From a virus (Duplodnaviria; Caudoviricetes): a stretch of 64,000 bases of DNA. The notes under the pieces are model-generated. The model was given only the letters and a program-made list of their open reading frames with translations. It did not search any database and was not told the DNA's origin. A program made the position numbers and the translations under genes. The stretch spans positions 32,001 through 96,000 of the IMG/VR virus record IMGVR_UViG_3300029288_000057; one strand, 5' to 3'. How positions within the stretch are numbered: position 1 is the stretch's first letter; the number at the start of each line of letters is the position of its first letter. Shown here one piece after another: positions 1-10,020 of this stretch.

Positions 1-257
1 CCACTCGGTGAAAATGTTATTAACGTAAAAATTCACGATGTAGATGGCGAATAAATTAGATTTAGCAGAAGCTCAATTACAAGGATATGCATTGGGAAAA
101 TTGCAACCTTTCTTATGACCACCTAATCAGTTTGTGCAAGTGTCTAGAAGACAATGAAACGCAACAATTAACAGATTATTGCAACTTTTACTTTAGTAAA
201 GAGGAAGCAAATGATACGAGTGATAAAAAAATTGATAACTATTAAAGAAAAGCCCCC

Positions 258-506
258 ATGAAGTTAAAAGAAATAAAAGAATGGATTGAAAGACTCCCAG
301 AAGAATTCCTTGAATTCGATGTGGTAAATGCAGAAGAAGGACCCAACGATGGGGGCGATGTATATTACAGATTGGATAAACCAATTACTTCTCTTAATGT
401 GAACGAAGAAAGTGAAGAAATTCTGTTTTTGAATGATAAACCAAAAGTTATATCCCCAGAAATTTTTTTGAATGATAAACCAAAAATTATATCCCCAGAA
501 AATTAA
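258..506 (+). CDS. Hypothetical protein with C-terminal 13-aa tandem duplication
   Basis: ORF; FLNDKPK(V/I)ISPE twice. Confidence 0.75.
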   Translation: MKLKEIKEWIERLPEEFLEFDVVNAEEGPNDGGDVYYRLDKPITSLNVNEESEEILFLNDKPKVISPEIFLNDKPKIISPEN

Positions 507-511
507 AACCC

Positions 512-744
512 ATGAAAGTAATTGTAGAAACAGAAGAAAGAAAATTTAAGCCCGTAACAGTACAAATAACCTTCGAATCATTATCAGAAATCGCCGTTAT
601 GTTGGCAGCCTCAATACTCACGAAGAGGAATTAAGAGAAAACTTTCCATTCCCAGAAACTCATGAAAGAAACCTTTTATTGAGCGAAGGCGTAAATGCCG
701 ACCTGTACGAAAAAATTAAAAAACTGTACAAAGAGAATGAATAA
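512..744 (+). pseudogene. Frameshifted small gene
   Basis: MKVIVETEERKF... continues in the -1 frame from ~610 to TAA 744. Confidence 0.45.
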
Positions 745-746
745 TT

Positions 747-774
747 TGAAACTTTTTCAAGGATTTTTCGTATA
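747..774 (+). promoter_or_regulatory. Class II ECF-type promoter TGAAAC-N16-CGTATA
   Basis: Matches the SigW-like TGAAAC-N16-CGTA architecture; 17 nt before ATG 792. Confidence 0.75.
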
Positions 775-791
775 ATATAAAAAAGGATTAT

Positions 792-1058
792 ATGAAAAAT
801 GAGGTTCTAAAAGAGAATGTAAGGTTTATCAGATATATGAGCGGAACAACTCTTGTTTGGATGTTGCCACATCCTTATAGAAAATATCATGTGGCTAATT
901 TAGCAAAAGGACATATCCCAAGAAATAAAAAAGTTTTGGAAGATTTTGTAAGACATATGACTCCACCAAGAGGAGGAACATTTAAATTTACACTTGAACA
1001 GTTGTTGACAATCAATTTTGAAGAAGCATATCAAAACGGAACAGAACCATTTATTTAA
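792..1058 (+). CDS. Hypothetical protein
   Basis: ORF after class II promoter. Confidence 0.75.
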   Translation: MKNEVLKENVRFIRYMSGTTLVWMLPHPYRKYHVANLAKGHIPRNKKVLEDFVRHMTPPRGGTFKFTLEQLLTINFEEAYQNGTEPFI

Positions 1059-1068
1059 AATAAACACC

Positions 1069-1368
1069 ATGAAATTTCATTGGACAAAATATTTAGACGA
1101 AGTTGGAACAATATATTCTCATGACGGATTCTTCCAAGAACGGGCAAAAACAAAAATTGAGCACTTGGAAGAAAAAATAAAGACTTTAAAAGAAAGATAT
1201 GAAGCCGAAGAAATAAGACTTTATAAAGCCGTCTTAAAAGATTGGACACAAGAAGAAATCCAAGAAGCAAAAGCAAAGGCATATGTTAACAACTTGTCTT
1301 ATGAGGAAAAGCAAAACTTAAGTGAAGAAGTGAAAATAGAATTAAGAAAACAAAACTTTGCCATATGA
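1069..1368 (+). CDS. Hypothetical coiled-coil protein
   Basis: ORF, start moved to MKFHW. Confidence 0.7.
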   Translation: MKFHWTKYLDEVGTIYSHDGFFQERAKTKIEHLEEKIKTLKERYEAEEIRLYKAVLKDWTQEEIQEAKAKAYVNNLSYEEKQNLSEEVKIELRKQNFAI

Positions 1369-1688
1369 AAGATACAAAATTCTGGAGTAGAAAAATAATG
1401 TTGCCTTTGGGGTTTGAAGTCCTCGGAGCTAATTTTGGTAACAATAGTTGCTATTATAAATATGTCACCTTTTTCCCCGAAAAATTGGCCATGCTCTTTT
1501 TCTCCGCATTCAAAAACAGAATGCTCCTGTATACATTTAAATCCAAAAAAGAATATAACGAATTCCGAGCAGGTAAATTCGCCATTACAGAAGACCAAAA
1601 CAAAGATGGAGATACGGGAATTGTGGGGAACCACTTAAATATATCAACCCCATTAATATTAACCACAGAATTAATCGCCACTCCATAG
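1365..1688 (+). CDS. Hypothetical protein
   Basis: ATGA overlap with previous gene. Confidence 0.65.
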   Translation: MKDTKFWSRKIMLPLGFEVLGANFGNNSCYYKYVTFFPEKLAMLFFSAFKNRMLLYTFKSKKEYNEFRAGKFAITEDQNKDGDTGIVGNHLNISTPLILTTELIATP

Positions 1689-1751
1689 AGAATATTAAAC
1701 AAATGAGAGAAGCTATTAAAACCGCAAACGATTTAATATCTAAACTTTAAT

Positions 1752-2084
1752 ATGGATAAGATAGAAGCATTTATTCTTCGTCTTGATAAAATTGGCATTA
1801 AGGTAAAACTTACCAGCAATGCCCCCTGGATATATCTCACCGAAATTAATGGTAAAAGAGTAACAGAAACATTCCACGGTGAACACGGATTTACAATCGC
1901 CTTCACCCCCATCCGCCCAGACCAAGAACTGCAGTTTACAGATATTGGAAAAATATTTCGACTGATTAGAAAGTATTGTGTGGAAAGATTATCTAATGAA
2001 GTACAGCTTTGTTCTTGGTGTGGGAAGAAACCAAGATATGGAACAGAAACAACTTGTGTAGATTGTACTGATGATATTGATTAA
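1752..2084 (+). CDS. Hypothetical protein with C-terminal CxxC-CxxC
   Basis: ORF; CSWC...CVDC. Confidence 0.75.
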   Translation: MDKIEAFILRLDKIGIKVKLTSNAPWIYLTEINGKRVTETFHGEHGFTIAFTPIRPDQELQFTDIGKIFRLIRKYCVERLSNEVQLCSWCGKKPRYGTETTCVDCTDDID

Positions 2085-2144
2085 TAAAGACACTGTGAGG
2101 AATAAAGAATTTTAAGTATATAGAGGGGTGTTAATTATTTGACA

Positions 2145-2540
2145 TTATGTGGGAAGATAATATCTAAAACAATATTTAATTCCACTTCTTCCAAAGGTAA
2201 AATATTTATCACTTCCAGCATATATTTCTGTATGTACATAAAATCTTATTTTTTGAATAGCATTATCTTTTAAAATTCTGCCAACTATTTTTCTGTAGGT
2301 TCTTTTGTATTCCAGCATTCCTTGAACATAAGACTCTGCTGGTAATTTTACAACAATTTCATGGTTATAAGGCAATGTTCTCTTATCAGTTTTTACAACA
2401 GCATTAATCTGAAGCTGTTTAAAAATATATATAAAGTCATTTTCCATGATAGATTCTATCTCATCCAGGACAACATTAAAGTCAGGGATAAAGCTTCTGA
2501 AATGTTCGGTGAAAATAGCAGGATTGTTTCTCAATTCCAT
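2145..2540 (-). CDS. Hypothetical protein
   Basis: ORF in operon. Confidence 0.75.
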   Translation of the reverse strand: MELRNNPAIFTEHFRSFIPDFNVVLDEIESIMENDFIYIFKQLQINAVVKTDKRTLPYNHEIVVKLPAESYVQGMLEYKRTYRKIVGRILKDNAIQKIRFYVHTEIYAGSDKYFTFGRSGIKYCFRYYLPT

Positions 2541-2543
2541 ATA

Positions 2544-2825
2544 CTAATAATTGATACGTAATATAATCCAACTTGGTTGCGAATTAAAAAAGTCTTCATC
2601 ACAAGTAATAGTCGCCCATTCTTGGTCTATACCCCACAATAAATAATTATCTTCTTGTTGTATTTCCCAACCAGTATTATTACTTGCATTGTATTCATCA
2701 ATTAAGTTCTTTATTTCGTTTAATGGGGTGTGTTTTGATAACCAAATAGCATCACCATCACCGCCTTCTGAAATAATTGATGAATAAATTAAATCTAAAA
2801 CCTTTTTATTATTTTCTGAATTCAT
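2544..2825 (-). CDS. Hypothetical protein
   Basis: ORF in operon. Confidence 0.75.
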   Translation of the reverse strand: MNSENNKKVLDLIYSSIISEGGDGDAIWLSKHTPLNEIKNLIDEYNASNNTGWEIQQEDNYLLWGIDQEWATITCDEDFFNSQPSWIILRINY

Positions 2826-2863
2826 AGCTGTTTATTTAAGTTACTATTTTTGTTTAATATAAG

Positions 2864-3232
2864 CTAACACTTCTTTTCATCCTGTATAATTGGTTTCCTA
2901 ACATCCCAATGGAGAACAACATAATCATCATTCAAACTTAAAAGTGGAAAACAATTCGTCAAAATTCCTTGTTCCATGATTGTTGTATATTGAACTGTTT
3001 TTGTATAATCCCTTTTGTACCCATGTCTGCCAGATAAACCACCATATGTTTTTTTTAACCATTCTTTAAAAAACAAAATATCAGAGTTTTCTGACAATTT
3101 GATTTTCAGGCAGCCTCTTTTTAATAGTTTACCCGTATAAGTTTTATTATTTAATTGTACATTCATTTTCATTTTGTTAAATTTATTGTGTTTTTTAATA
3201 TAATAATTGGAAACTCTTGTTGTGAAACTCAT
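2864..3232 (-). CDS. Hypothetical protein
   Basis: ORF; start uncertain. Confidence 0.65.
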   Translation of the reverse strand: MSFTTRVSNYYIKKHNKFNKMKMNVQLNNKTYTGKLLKRGCLKIKLSENSDILFFKEWLKKTYGGLSGRHGYKRDYTKTVQYTTIMEQGILTNCFPLLSLNDDYVVLHWDVRKPIIQDEKKC

Positions 3233-3717
3233 AATGAGGTTTTATTTCCCATTTCATTGGATGATTTTATTATATCATCATCCTTTATTAACCCTTCAAC
3301 TTCTGCGGATTTTATAACATCAATTTTCGCCAACAATGTCGGTTTTGTTTTCATTAATTTTTCAATTCTTTCAATTTCAGCTTCGAGCTCTTTTGTTTTT
3401 ATTTCTTTTAATTTATCTGATGTTGGTGCAAATTTTGAATTCTTGATATCAATTGGTTCATTATTTAAAAAGAAAATATAGTCATATGATGTCCATCCAA
3501 ACGAGTGAAACCCCCAACATTCAACCGCATCAAAACTAAAAGACCTAATTTTATCTGTTTTATCATCAAAATAAACCCAATTGTTAACTTTGTTGGTCTT
3601 AAATACTGTTATTGGATGTCCATGATTACACCACCCAACATTGACAAAGATAAATTCATTATCAGTTATTCTAGACATATCGTACAAAAAGAATTCTTTC
3701 TTTTCTACATTTTCCAT
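3229..3717 (-). CDS. Hypothetical protein
   Basis: ORF. Confidence 0.75.
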   Translation of the reverse strand: MENVEKKEFFLYDMSRITDNEFIFVNVGWCNHGHPITVFKTNKVNNWVYFDDKTDKIRSFSFDAVECWGFHSFGWTSYDYIFFLNNEPIDIKNSKFAPTSDKLKEIKTKELEAEIERIEKLMKTKPTLLAKIDVIKSAEVEGLIKDDDIIKSSNEMGNKTSL

Positions 3718-3873
3718 ATTAATTATTTATTGTGCAAATATAACATTAATTCCCAATATAAACAACTTTTCCCCAATATTTTTTACAAATATAAATAAAA
3801 GCAGTAAACATAATAATCGTTTCGATGGACCATGATTTTTTCTGCCCCATATAAAATTGAGAATATTTTTAAC

Positions 3874-3881
3874 TATTTATA
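3874..3881 (+). promoter_or_regulatory. Class III (putative late) promoter motif TATTTATA
   Basis: Same octamer shortly before starts at 5784, 20004, 55691, 57253 (+) and 14466 (-); variant TATTTATG at 4563; also at 50290 before a candidate ncRNA. Confidence 0.55.
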
Positions 3882-3882
3882 G

Positions 3883-4365
3883 GTGATGAACGGAAAAAAA
3901 TACATAAAAGAAACCATAAGAAAAGCGGTCAATAAAATCTTCGAAAATGAAGTAGTAGATTCTATACTCGATAAAATAAATCGCTTTGGCATGGAATCTT
4001 TAACCCCATTGGAAATTGGTTATCTCAATAAAAGCTCAAAGGGAATAAATGACACAGAAGCAAAAGAGCTTCTTTCTATTGACACTGGGTATGTATTTAG
4101 AAAGAATATTCCTGAAATCGGAGATGTTTCATTTACCTACGACTCAACAGAAGAATATGACGAGGGGGAAATCGTACACAAAGGAGATACCACTATAAGC
4201 GGAGATAGAATAGTCTATTCTACAGATATATTTGCCGATGATGATACACCCTTTTCATTTACTTTACACGATGGAAATGATTATGTGGAATTTAATGATG
4301 CAACAGAGGAATTGTTGTCAAAATTCTTCGAAGAAATTGCAGAAAAAATTAATAAAACATTATAA
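3883..4365 (+). CDS. Acidic hypothetical protein, putative late/virion-packaged
   Basis: TATTTATA upstream; N-terminal YIKETIRK..FENE. Confidence 0.75.
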   Translation: MMNGKKYIKETIRKAVNKIFENEVVDSILDKINRFGMESLTPLEIGYLNKSSKGINDTEAKELLSIDTGYVFRKNIPEIGDVSFTYDSTEEYDEGEIVHKGDTTISGDRIVYSTDIFADDDTPFSFTLHDGNDYVEFNDATEELLSKFFEEIAEKINKTL

Positions 4366-4412
4366 AAGCCACAGGAGTTAGCCAATAATTAAATCATTTT
4401 TTCACTCTTCCC

Positions 4413-4496
4413 ACCCCCTCCGACAAATAACCCATCCCATTTGTTCATAAACGTAAAACAAGTAAATAATTGATATAGCTAACCCCCTCCGACAAA
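4413..4496. repeat. 15-bp direct repeat ACCCCCTCCGACAAA
   Basis: Copies at 4413-4427 and 4482-4496, intergenic. Confidence 0.8.
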
Positions 4497-4584
4497 CACA
4501 CCCCGCAAAAATAAAAGCCCAAAGCGAAGCTCTTTATTTGATTTTCATTATCTTTTTTGTTATATTTATGGTAAAACAAAGGAA

Positions 4585-5535
4585 ATGCAAGAAAAAATTA
4601 TTCCTGAATCGGGGGGGAAACAAGAGGAAATATACAACTTCTCTGGCCAAATCACAGAAACTTTAATAATGCTCTTAAATAATTATATAAAATTTTATGA
4701 AGCGAAATTAAAAGATGGCGCTGAATGGCATTTTGGGGTTTCAGAAATCCCCACAGAATTCTTAAAAGAAAAAACAAACATAGGAAAGATAAAAACAGAA
4801 GTAAACTTTACCTATTCTCTGGAAAATATAATTAACGGGAAATTTGAAACTTCTAAAACTATTCTCTTAAATGATGATTCTTATGAAATAACACTTCTTC
4901 TCTCAATTAAAACACAAAATGATATAAAAACATTCTCTTATGAACTGGAGGAAATTGTTGTACACGAACTCCATCATGCATTTAGATATATAAAAACCCT
5001 TAATAAAAACTCTAAAGCAAATGCTTTGAATAAAACCAAAAACTTTACTTGGAAACAATTACAATTAACCATCCAAGATAATCCCACAATTAAAGAATTT
5101 ATGCAAATGATTTATCTTTCACTCCCCCAGGAAATAGAAGCCCGTGTCCAAGAAACCGCCACAAAACTTAAATACATAAAAAAAACAACACCCAATCAAA
5201 CTATTGAAACACTTAGACAGTTCCAACCACTTAGAGATGCAAAAAGAATGTTGAACTATTCAACAAAAGAAATTAAAAAAATAGACCCAGAAGTAATTAA
5301 ACCATTTGTTAATGCTTTTAATAAAAACCTTAAAACACTTTCTGAATATAATATAAAAAATACCACAGAATCCTTTTTTGAATATTGGGGTAAAATTATC
5401 CGAAACAAAGGAGATGTGCTATTTAAAAAAATTCTTAGATTGGTCGCTGATAAATATCAGGTTAAAAATGAAAATGTCCTTATAACAGAAATAGACGAAA
5501 AACTATTAAAGGATATTTCTGGATATGAATTTTAA
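4585..5535 (+). CDS. Putative zincin-like metallopeptidase
   Basis: HELHH (HExxH) and downstream EIEAR third-ligand motif. Confidence 0.6.
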   Translation: MQEKIIPESGGKQEEIYNFSGQITETLIMLLNNYIKFYEAKLKDGAEWHFGVSEIPTEFLKEKTNIGKIKTEVNFTYSLENIINGKFETSKTILLNDDSYEITLLLSIKTQNDIKTFSYELEEIVVHELHHAFRYIKTLNKNSKANALNKTKNFTWKQLQLTIQDNPTIKEFMQMIYLSLPQEIEARVQETATKLKYIKKTTPNQTIETLRQFQPLRDAKRMLNYSTKEIKKIDPEVIKPFVNAFNKNLKTLSEYNIKNTTESFFEYWGKIIRNKGDVLFKKILRLVADKYQVKNENVLITEIDEKLLKDISGYEF

Positions 5536-5583
5536 ATTGATTTTGATGAAAATAATAACCCAGTAAAAACTAACTTGTAAAAA

Positions 5584-5742
5584 ATGGAAGAAAAAAAAGA
5601 ATATGAACATCTAACCATATCCCTGTCCCCAGAAATTCTTAAGAAACTTGAAGAAGGGGGCTATAATAAATCTAAAATAATAAATAGACTTCTTACTGAA
5701 TATTTCGAGAAAGCCAAAGGCGAAGCCATTAATAAAAAATAA
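5584..5742 (+). CDS. Ribbon-helix-helix-like DNA-binding protein (52 aa, absent from ORF track)
   Basis: MEEKKEYEHLTISLSPEILKKLEEGGYNKSKIINRLLTEYF. Confidence 0.65.
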   Translation: MEEKKEYEHLTISLSPEILKKLEEGGYNKSKIINRLLTEYFEKAKGEAINKK

Positions 5743-5814
5743 ATATATTTTTCATTCTGGGATGATTTTTACTTTTTTCTACCTATTTATAGGAAACAGT
5801 TAAAACTTATAATT

Positions 5815-6000
5815 ATGGGACGCAAGAAAATTGAAACAGAAAAGAAAAAGGATAGGTTGTCTATAACCATTCGAAGGGAGACTTACGACCACTTTGAAGA
5901 GTTGGGTATAACCAATAAATCAAAGTTGATTGAGTGGCTCCTAAATGAGCATTTTGAACTTAATAGCGGGAGGGGTTATGGAAACGTTGAAAGTTTGTAA
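5815..6000 (+). CDS. Ribbon-helix-helix-like DNA-binding protein
   Basis: RLSITI..NKSKLIEWLL; paralogous to 5584..5742. Confidence 0.65.
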   Translation: MGRKKIETEKKKDRLSITIRRETYDHFEELGITNKSKLIEWLLNEHFELNSGRGYGNVESL

Positions 6001-6889
6001 AATATGTGGCCAGGAAAAGTTTATTGGGGACTTTGGACTTAACAAAGATTCTGAAGATGGCTTCAAAGATTATTGTAAAATATGCTGGAGTACATTAAGA
6101 GAAGATGCTAAGGAAAAGAAAAAACTATTGGAGATTGAAAAATTGAAAATAGCCGAAGAAACAGCCACCAAAAAAAAGCAAGAACAAGAGAAAATTAAAC
6201 AGGAGGAAGAATATCTTATACTTTGTGAACAAAGGGAAAAGGAAGATGCGTTAAAATGTGAACAAAGAAAAAAAGAAGATAAGTTAAAAAGAGAAAAAAT
6301 TCAGAAGGAATATGTAAAGTTTAGAAACAAACAAAAACTGATAGAAAGAAAATTAACGTTAGAAAGAAAGATGAAGCTAAATTATAAAAAGAAATGGGAA
6401 GATAAATTAAAACCTATTATTAAAGAAATAGAATTCGAATTAGAAAAAGAAAAATGTGAAATTCGTGGAATTTATAAAGCTAAAAAAGATGTTAGACATA
6501 CTGTGGGGAGATTCTTTATAAGCAAAAATTCTTCCAAGAAGAAATTAAAAAAGATTAATAAGACTGAAAAAATACTTGGATGTTCTTTTGAAGAGTTTAA
6601 GCTATATTTAACAAGCAAATTTGAGCCTTGGATGAATTGGAATAACCACGGATGCTATACAGGAAATAAATATGAGACATGGCAACTTGACCATATTGTT
6701 CCACTGACATTGGCAAAGTCTTTTGAGGATATAATTAAACTAAACCATTATACAAATTTTCAGCCTCTAGATAGTTATATTAACGTAAAAGAAAAAAGAG
6801 ATAAATTGAACTGGGGAGAGGTACCAGTTTTAAATAAAACCTTTATTAATTGTGGGGAGAATTGTGAATTAAACCAGTTACAAATATAG
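5978..6889 (+). CDS. HNH-type endonuclease with N-terminal Zn motif and coiled coil
   Basis: CKIC..CKIC; LGCS..F..WMNWNNHG..WQLDHIVPL..NHYTNFQPL. Confidence 0.75.
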   Translation: METLKVCKICGQEKFIGDFGLNKDSEDGFKDYCKICWSTLREDAKEKKKLLEIEKLKIAEETATKKKQEQEKIKQEEEYLILCEQREKEDALKCEQRKKEDKLKREKIQKEYVKFRNKQKLIERKLTLERKMKLNYKKKWEDKLKPIIKEIEFELEKEKCEIRGIYKAKKDVRHTVGRFFISKNSSKKKLKKINKTEKILGCSFEEFKLYLTSKFEPWMNWNNHGCYTGNKYETWQLDHIVPLTLAKSFEDIIKLNHYTNFQPLDSYINVKEKRDKLNWGEVPVLNKTFINCGENCELNQLQI

Positions 6890-7519
6890 TAATAATTCAC
6901 CACAAAACTCTATATAATTACAGGGAGAGTTTCGTGTAATAATTTATGTGAAATATTAACCTAGAATGATATGAAAGTTTTGGTATAAAACTAAGTAGTC
7001 TTCCTCCCACTTTTTACCACTTCTCAACACAAAATCTATAGTATAAAGCGCAACTAGTTGGTTCTTAGATAAGTAATTAATTGTAAAATAACAAGAAAAA
7101 TGGTAATATAGAATCTAAAAATTTACCAAACGGGAGCGGATAAGTTTTACGTGCCATTGTGTCAGAAAAACTGACACCCCCGATTTTTTTTAAATTCAGG
7201 AACATTTATATTTTTACAAAAGAATTTATGATTATTTGAGGTCAGAATTTGGGTAAACATTAAAAGGGGTCAGATTTGAGGTGGGGGAAATAAACCCCCA
7301 CCGTAAATTAAAGTTGACCGTATAAACAGAACAAAGAGATTTCCCCCCAGGAGGCCTTTAATATTTTTAATAAATTATAAAGATTTTTAACAAAGTTTTT
7401 AAGATGTAATTAATCTGATAAAAAATCCTAATCTTATATTGAGAAGAGGTCAGAAATTACCTGGGGGGATTTTATCCGCCGATGGGGTTTTAAAAGAGAA
7501 CGGGAAAAGATAAATTTAA
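6890..7519. other. 630-bp non-coding block between convergent genes (putative origin or terminal signal)
   Basis: GTGTCAG-AAAAA-CTGACAC palindrome 7159-7177; three GGTCAGA repeats; no ORF of 60 aa or more. Confidence 0.45.
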
Positions 7520-7714
7520 TTATTCAAGAACTTCAATTTCGACGGTAACCTTCATCCTGATTTTTTTATCCTCAAAAGGTTTAATAAGTCTGTTTACGAC
7601 ATGTCCTGGAGAGAGTCTTCTTTTACCCTCATCAATATACATATCTTCTTGTCCCCCCTCGTATACGGTTCCTGTGTATTCTTCAACTACTAGATTCTTT
7701 TTCATAATGGCCAT
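7520..7714 (-). CDS. Hypothetical protein
   Basis: ORF after class II promoter. Confidence 0.65.
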   Translation of the reverse strand: MAIMKKNLVVEEYTGTVYEGGQEDMYIDEGKRRLSPGHVVNRLIKPFEDKKIRMKVTVEIEVLE

Positions 7715-7778
7715 CCTTTACTTTTTCGTTTATATCTTTTTGTCTTTGTTATGCGGGTCATCCCCTTTTATTATATGC

Positions 7779-7804
7779 TACGTGATTTCTTCAAAAAAGT
7801 TTCA
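7779..7804 (-). promoter_or_regulatory. Class II promoter TGAAAC-N16-CGTA
   Basis: + strand tacg-N16-gtttca. Confidence 0.65.
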
Positions 7805-8051
7805 CTTATTCAAAGAAAAAAAGAAATAATTTTTTTGACAGGATGGACGGGCGGAGGCGTTTGTATTAGGGTTTTCTGTCCATACGTTTCAGAAGATAAT
7901 TAAGGGCATATATTCCTATAATAAGTAGAATAAGTTGCCACACAGCGAGAGAAAATACGAATACAGCCACTAGAGCAACAATGATAAAGAACATTAGCCA
8001 CAGGAGGCCATGAATAATAAAAGGTTTCATTGGATATTGGGTTTTAGATAT

Positions 8052-8079
8052 TATACGGGAAAATTGGTGAAATGTTTCA
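8052..8079 (-). promoter_or_regulatory. Class II promoter TGAAAC-N16-CGTATA
   Basis: + strand tatacg-N16-gtttca. Confidence 0.7.
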
Positions 8080-8202
8080 CATTTGTTGCGAGGTTATAAA
8101 AAGGCGAAACCTCGAAGGGACAAGCTCCGAGGTTTCTAAAAAACAAAGACAGAATGCAAGTTGGAGTTTGGGAGCTCCTAGATGAATTCATAGACGGTAG
8201 AT

Positions 8203-8230
8203 TATACGAAAGAAAATTAAAAAGGTTACA
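8203..8230 (-). promoter_or_regulatory. Class II promoter TGTAAC-N16-CGTATA
   Basis: + strand tatacg-N16-gttaca. Confidence 0.7.
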
Positions 8231-8247
8231 ACTTTTGGTAAAAATAA

Positions 8248-8607
8248 TTATAATGCCATTTTTTCCTTGAAGGCTCCCACTTCTTTTGTTCCTTTATTTT
8301 TGTTACAATTTTTGCAGGATACGGTAAGATTAGTTTCATCATATTTGGCGCCCCCATTTGCAAGAGCTGTTATATGGTCAATGGTTGCCAGATTTGGATT
8401 TTTATTATTTTGTATTAATTCTTGAGGGGTAAGTCCCCCAACTTCCAAATGAGGTTTCCCGCAATAGGAGCAAACTAAATCTCCTTTTTGTTTCAGGATT
8501 TTCTTCAGGTATTCATCACGGAATTTGAGCCAAGTCCAGAAGCTATCTTCAACGAAGTCTACGTCCTGGTATAGGAGTTTATTTCGAAGGAGCAGGCCTG
8601 CGGCCAT
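8248..8607 (-). CDS. HNH endonuclease
   Basis: CSYCG..TIDHI..GG..NL..SCKNCNKNKG. Confidence 0.85.
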   Translation of the reverse strand: MAAGLLLRNKLLYQDVDFVEDSFWTWLKFRDEYLKKILKQKGDLVCSYCGKPHLEVGGLTPQELIQNNKNPNLATIDHITALANGGAKYDETNLTVSCKNCNKNKGTKEVGAFKEKMAL

Positions 8608-8774
8608 AGATTTAATATGGGGTTTATCCGCAGTAAATATTACATTTCTTTGTTTGGTTCTTCCTGATTGAGAGCTCCTGACAATAATTGTTGTGGGGGG
8701 GGTTGGGATTATTCTTCGGTTGTTTCGTAAAAAGTTTCCAGAGCTTCATCATTCTGTTCATTAGAAGGATTTTT

Positions 8775-9155
8775 TTAACTCAAATAACATTTGGCGTAGC
8801 AACTGATTCCATTATCTTTCAGGACTTGGACAAAAGCTCTGGCGCAGGCTTCATATTTTTCTGCTGACTGGCCGTAATAGTCTTCGTGGTCAATAAAGAG
8901 ATTATATCCTTTATAGACGTTTTTGTTTAATCCTTTCAGGTTATTTTTCTTTGCCCATCTGACGAAGGGGGAATTTCCCCCCAATCCAGATACATAAGCT
9001 CCGCCGCATAAACCTTCAGGTTCATAATAAGACTTTCCAATGGGTTTATCATTCAGGTCGGACTCCACGAATGTGACGGGAGTTGGAACGCATTTTCTGA
9101 GTGCTTCCATACCAGCCATTTGAGCTTTGGCTAGGATTTCTTTATAGTCTTCCAT
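8775..9155 (-). CDS. Hypothetical phage protein
   Basis: Start moved to MEDYK. Confidence 0.75.
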   Translation of the reverse strand: MEDYKEILAKAQMAGMEALRKCVPTPVTFVESDLNDKPIGKSYYEPEGLCGGAYVSGLGGNSPFVRWAKKNNLKGLNKNVYKGYNLFIDHEDYYGQSAEKYEACARAFVQVLKDNGISCYAKCYLS

Positions 9156-9165
9156 TATACAATGT

Positions 9166-9384
9166 TTAATTTTTCCCTGATAAATTTGAGCATTTTGCTT
9201 CCGCTTTTGAAGCAGATGCAATCTTCCCTACGACTTGAAGCGGGTGGTTTCCATTTAGGCTATACACGGGACAATCTGAGTCACAAGATGCATGCACTCT
9301 ATCGCAGACTTCATAAAGTTCATTTGCGATATCTTCATCGGTTATTCTTTCACCCTTGATGAGTTTCATTAAAATATCTTCCAT
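9166..9384 (-). CDS. Small Cys/His-containing protein
   Basis: After class I element. Confidence 0.7.
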   Translation of the reverse strand: MEDILMKLIKGERITDEDIANELYEVCDRVHASCDSDCPVYSLNGNHPLQVVGKIASASKAEAKCSNLSGKN

Positions 9385-9439
9385 TGTGTTTATTTTTTAA
9401 ATTCAAATATATAAAGCAAAGATTTTAAAAAGAGGGAAA

Positions 9440-9736
9440 TTAATCCACTGTGGCTCCAAGTTCATTAATCAAATCAAGAGCTCTATTTATATCTTCAAAG
9501 ATTTCTTCGATGCTATCCCCGTAGCTCACTCCATTAAGGAAAAATTCTGTCTCGACTCCATTTTTCTTGCCGATATATTTCACCCCCATAATAAAATCTG
9601 AGCAATTAGAATATACCACTTCATCTTTATCGGACTTTACAAGAGCTTCGGCATTGCGTACTTCCACTACAGGATGTAGTTGTTTTCCACATTTGTCCTG
9701 GATTGTTTCACCGCAATAGACTGTTATTTTTTTCAT
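9440..9736 (-). CDS. Hypothetical protein
   Basis: ORF; stop abuts element. Confidence 0.75.
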   Translation of the reverse strand: MKKITVYCGETIQDKCGKQLHPVVEVRNAEALVKSDKDEVVYSNCSDFIMGVKYIGKKNGVETEFFLNGVSYGDSIEEIFEDINRALDLINELGATVD

Positions 9737-9839
9737 GATTATTTAATTTAAGTTTATAAAAAACCCCAAAGCCATACACTGGGAAGATGGAGTTGGGGGT
9801 TGGCGTAATATTTAGATTATGTCAAACTTTATACTATAT

Positions 9840-9867
9840 TATACGTATTTTTTTAAAAAAGGTTCCA
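9840..9867 (-). promoter_or_regulatory. Class II promoter TGGAAC-N16-CGTATA
   Basis: + strand tatacg-N16-gttcca. Confidence 0.65.
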
Positions 9868-9876
9868 ATAAAAAAC

Positions 9877-10012
9877 AAAAAACCCCCTCAAGTGGGGGTT
9901 TTAAGGCTGAGCCAGCGGAATAAGAATGGTTGTTCACTGATTTATTGGTAGCCACTCCAATCATATCTCATCCATTTTTTTCAGAACGGAACTATTCCGC
10001 CTCCCAGCTCGT
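9877..10012 (-). ncRNA. Candidate small RNA
   Basis: Class II promoter upstream; closing stem GCGGAATA/TATTCCGC; terminator CCCCCACTTGAGGGGG plus U-run; no plausible ORF. Confidence 0.5.
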
Positions 10013-10020
10013 GACTTATT

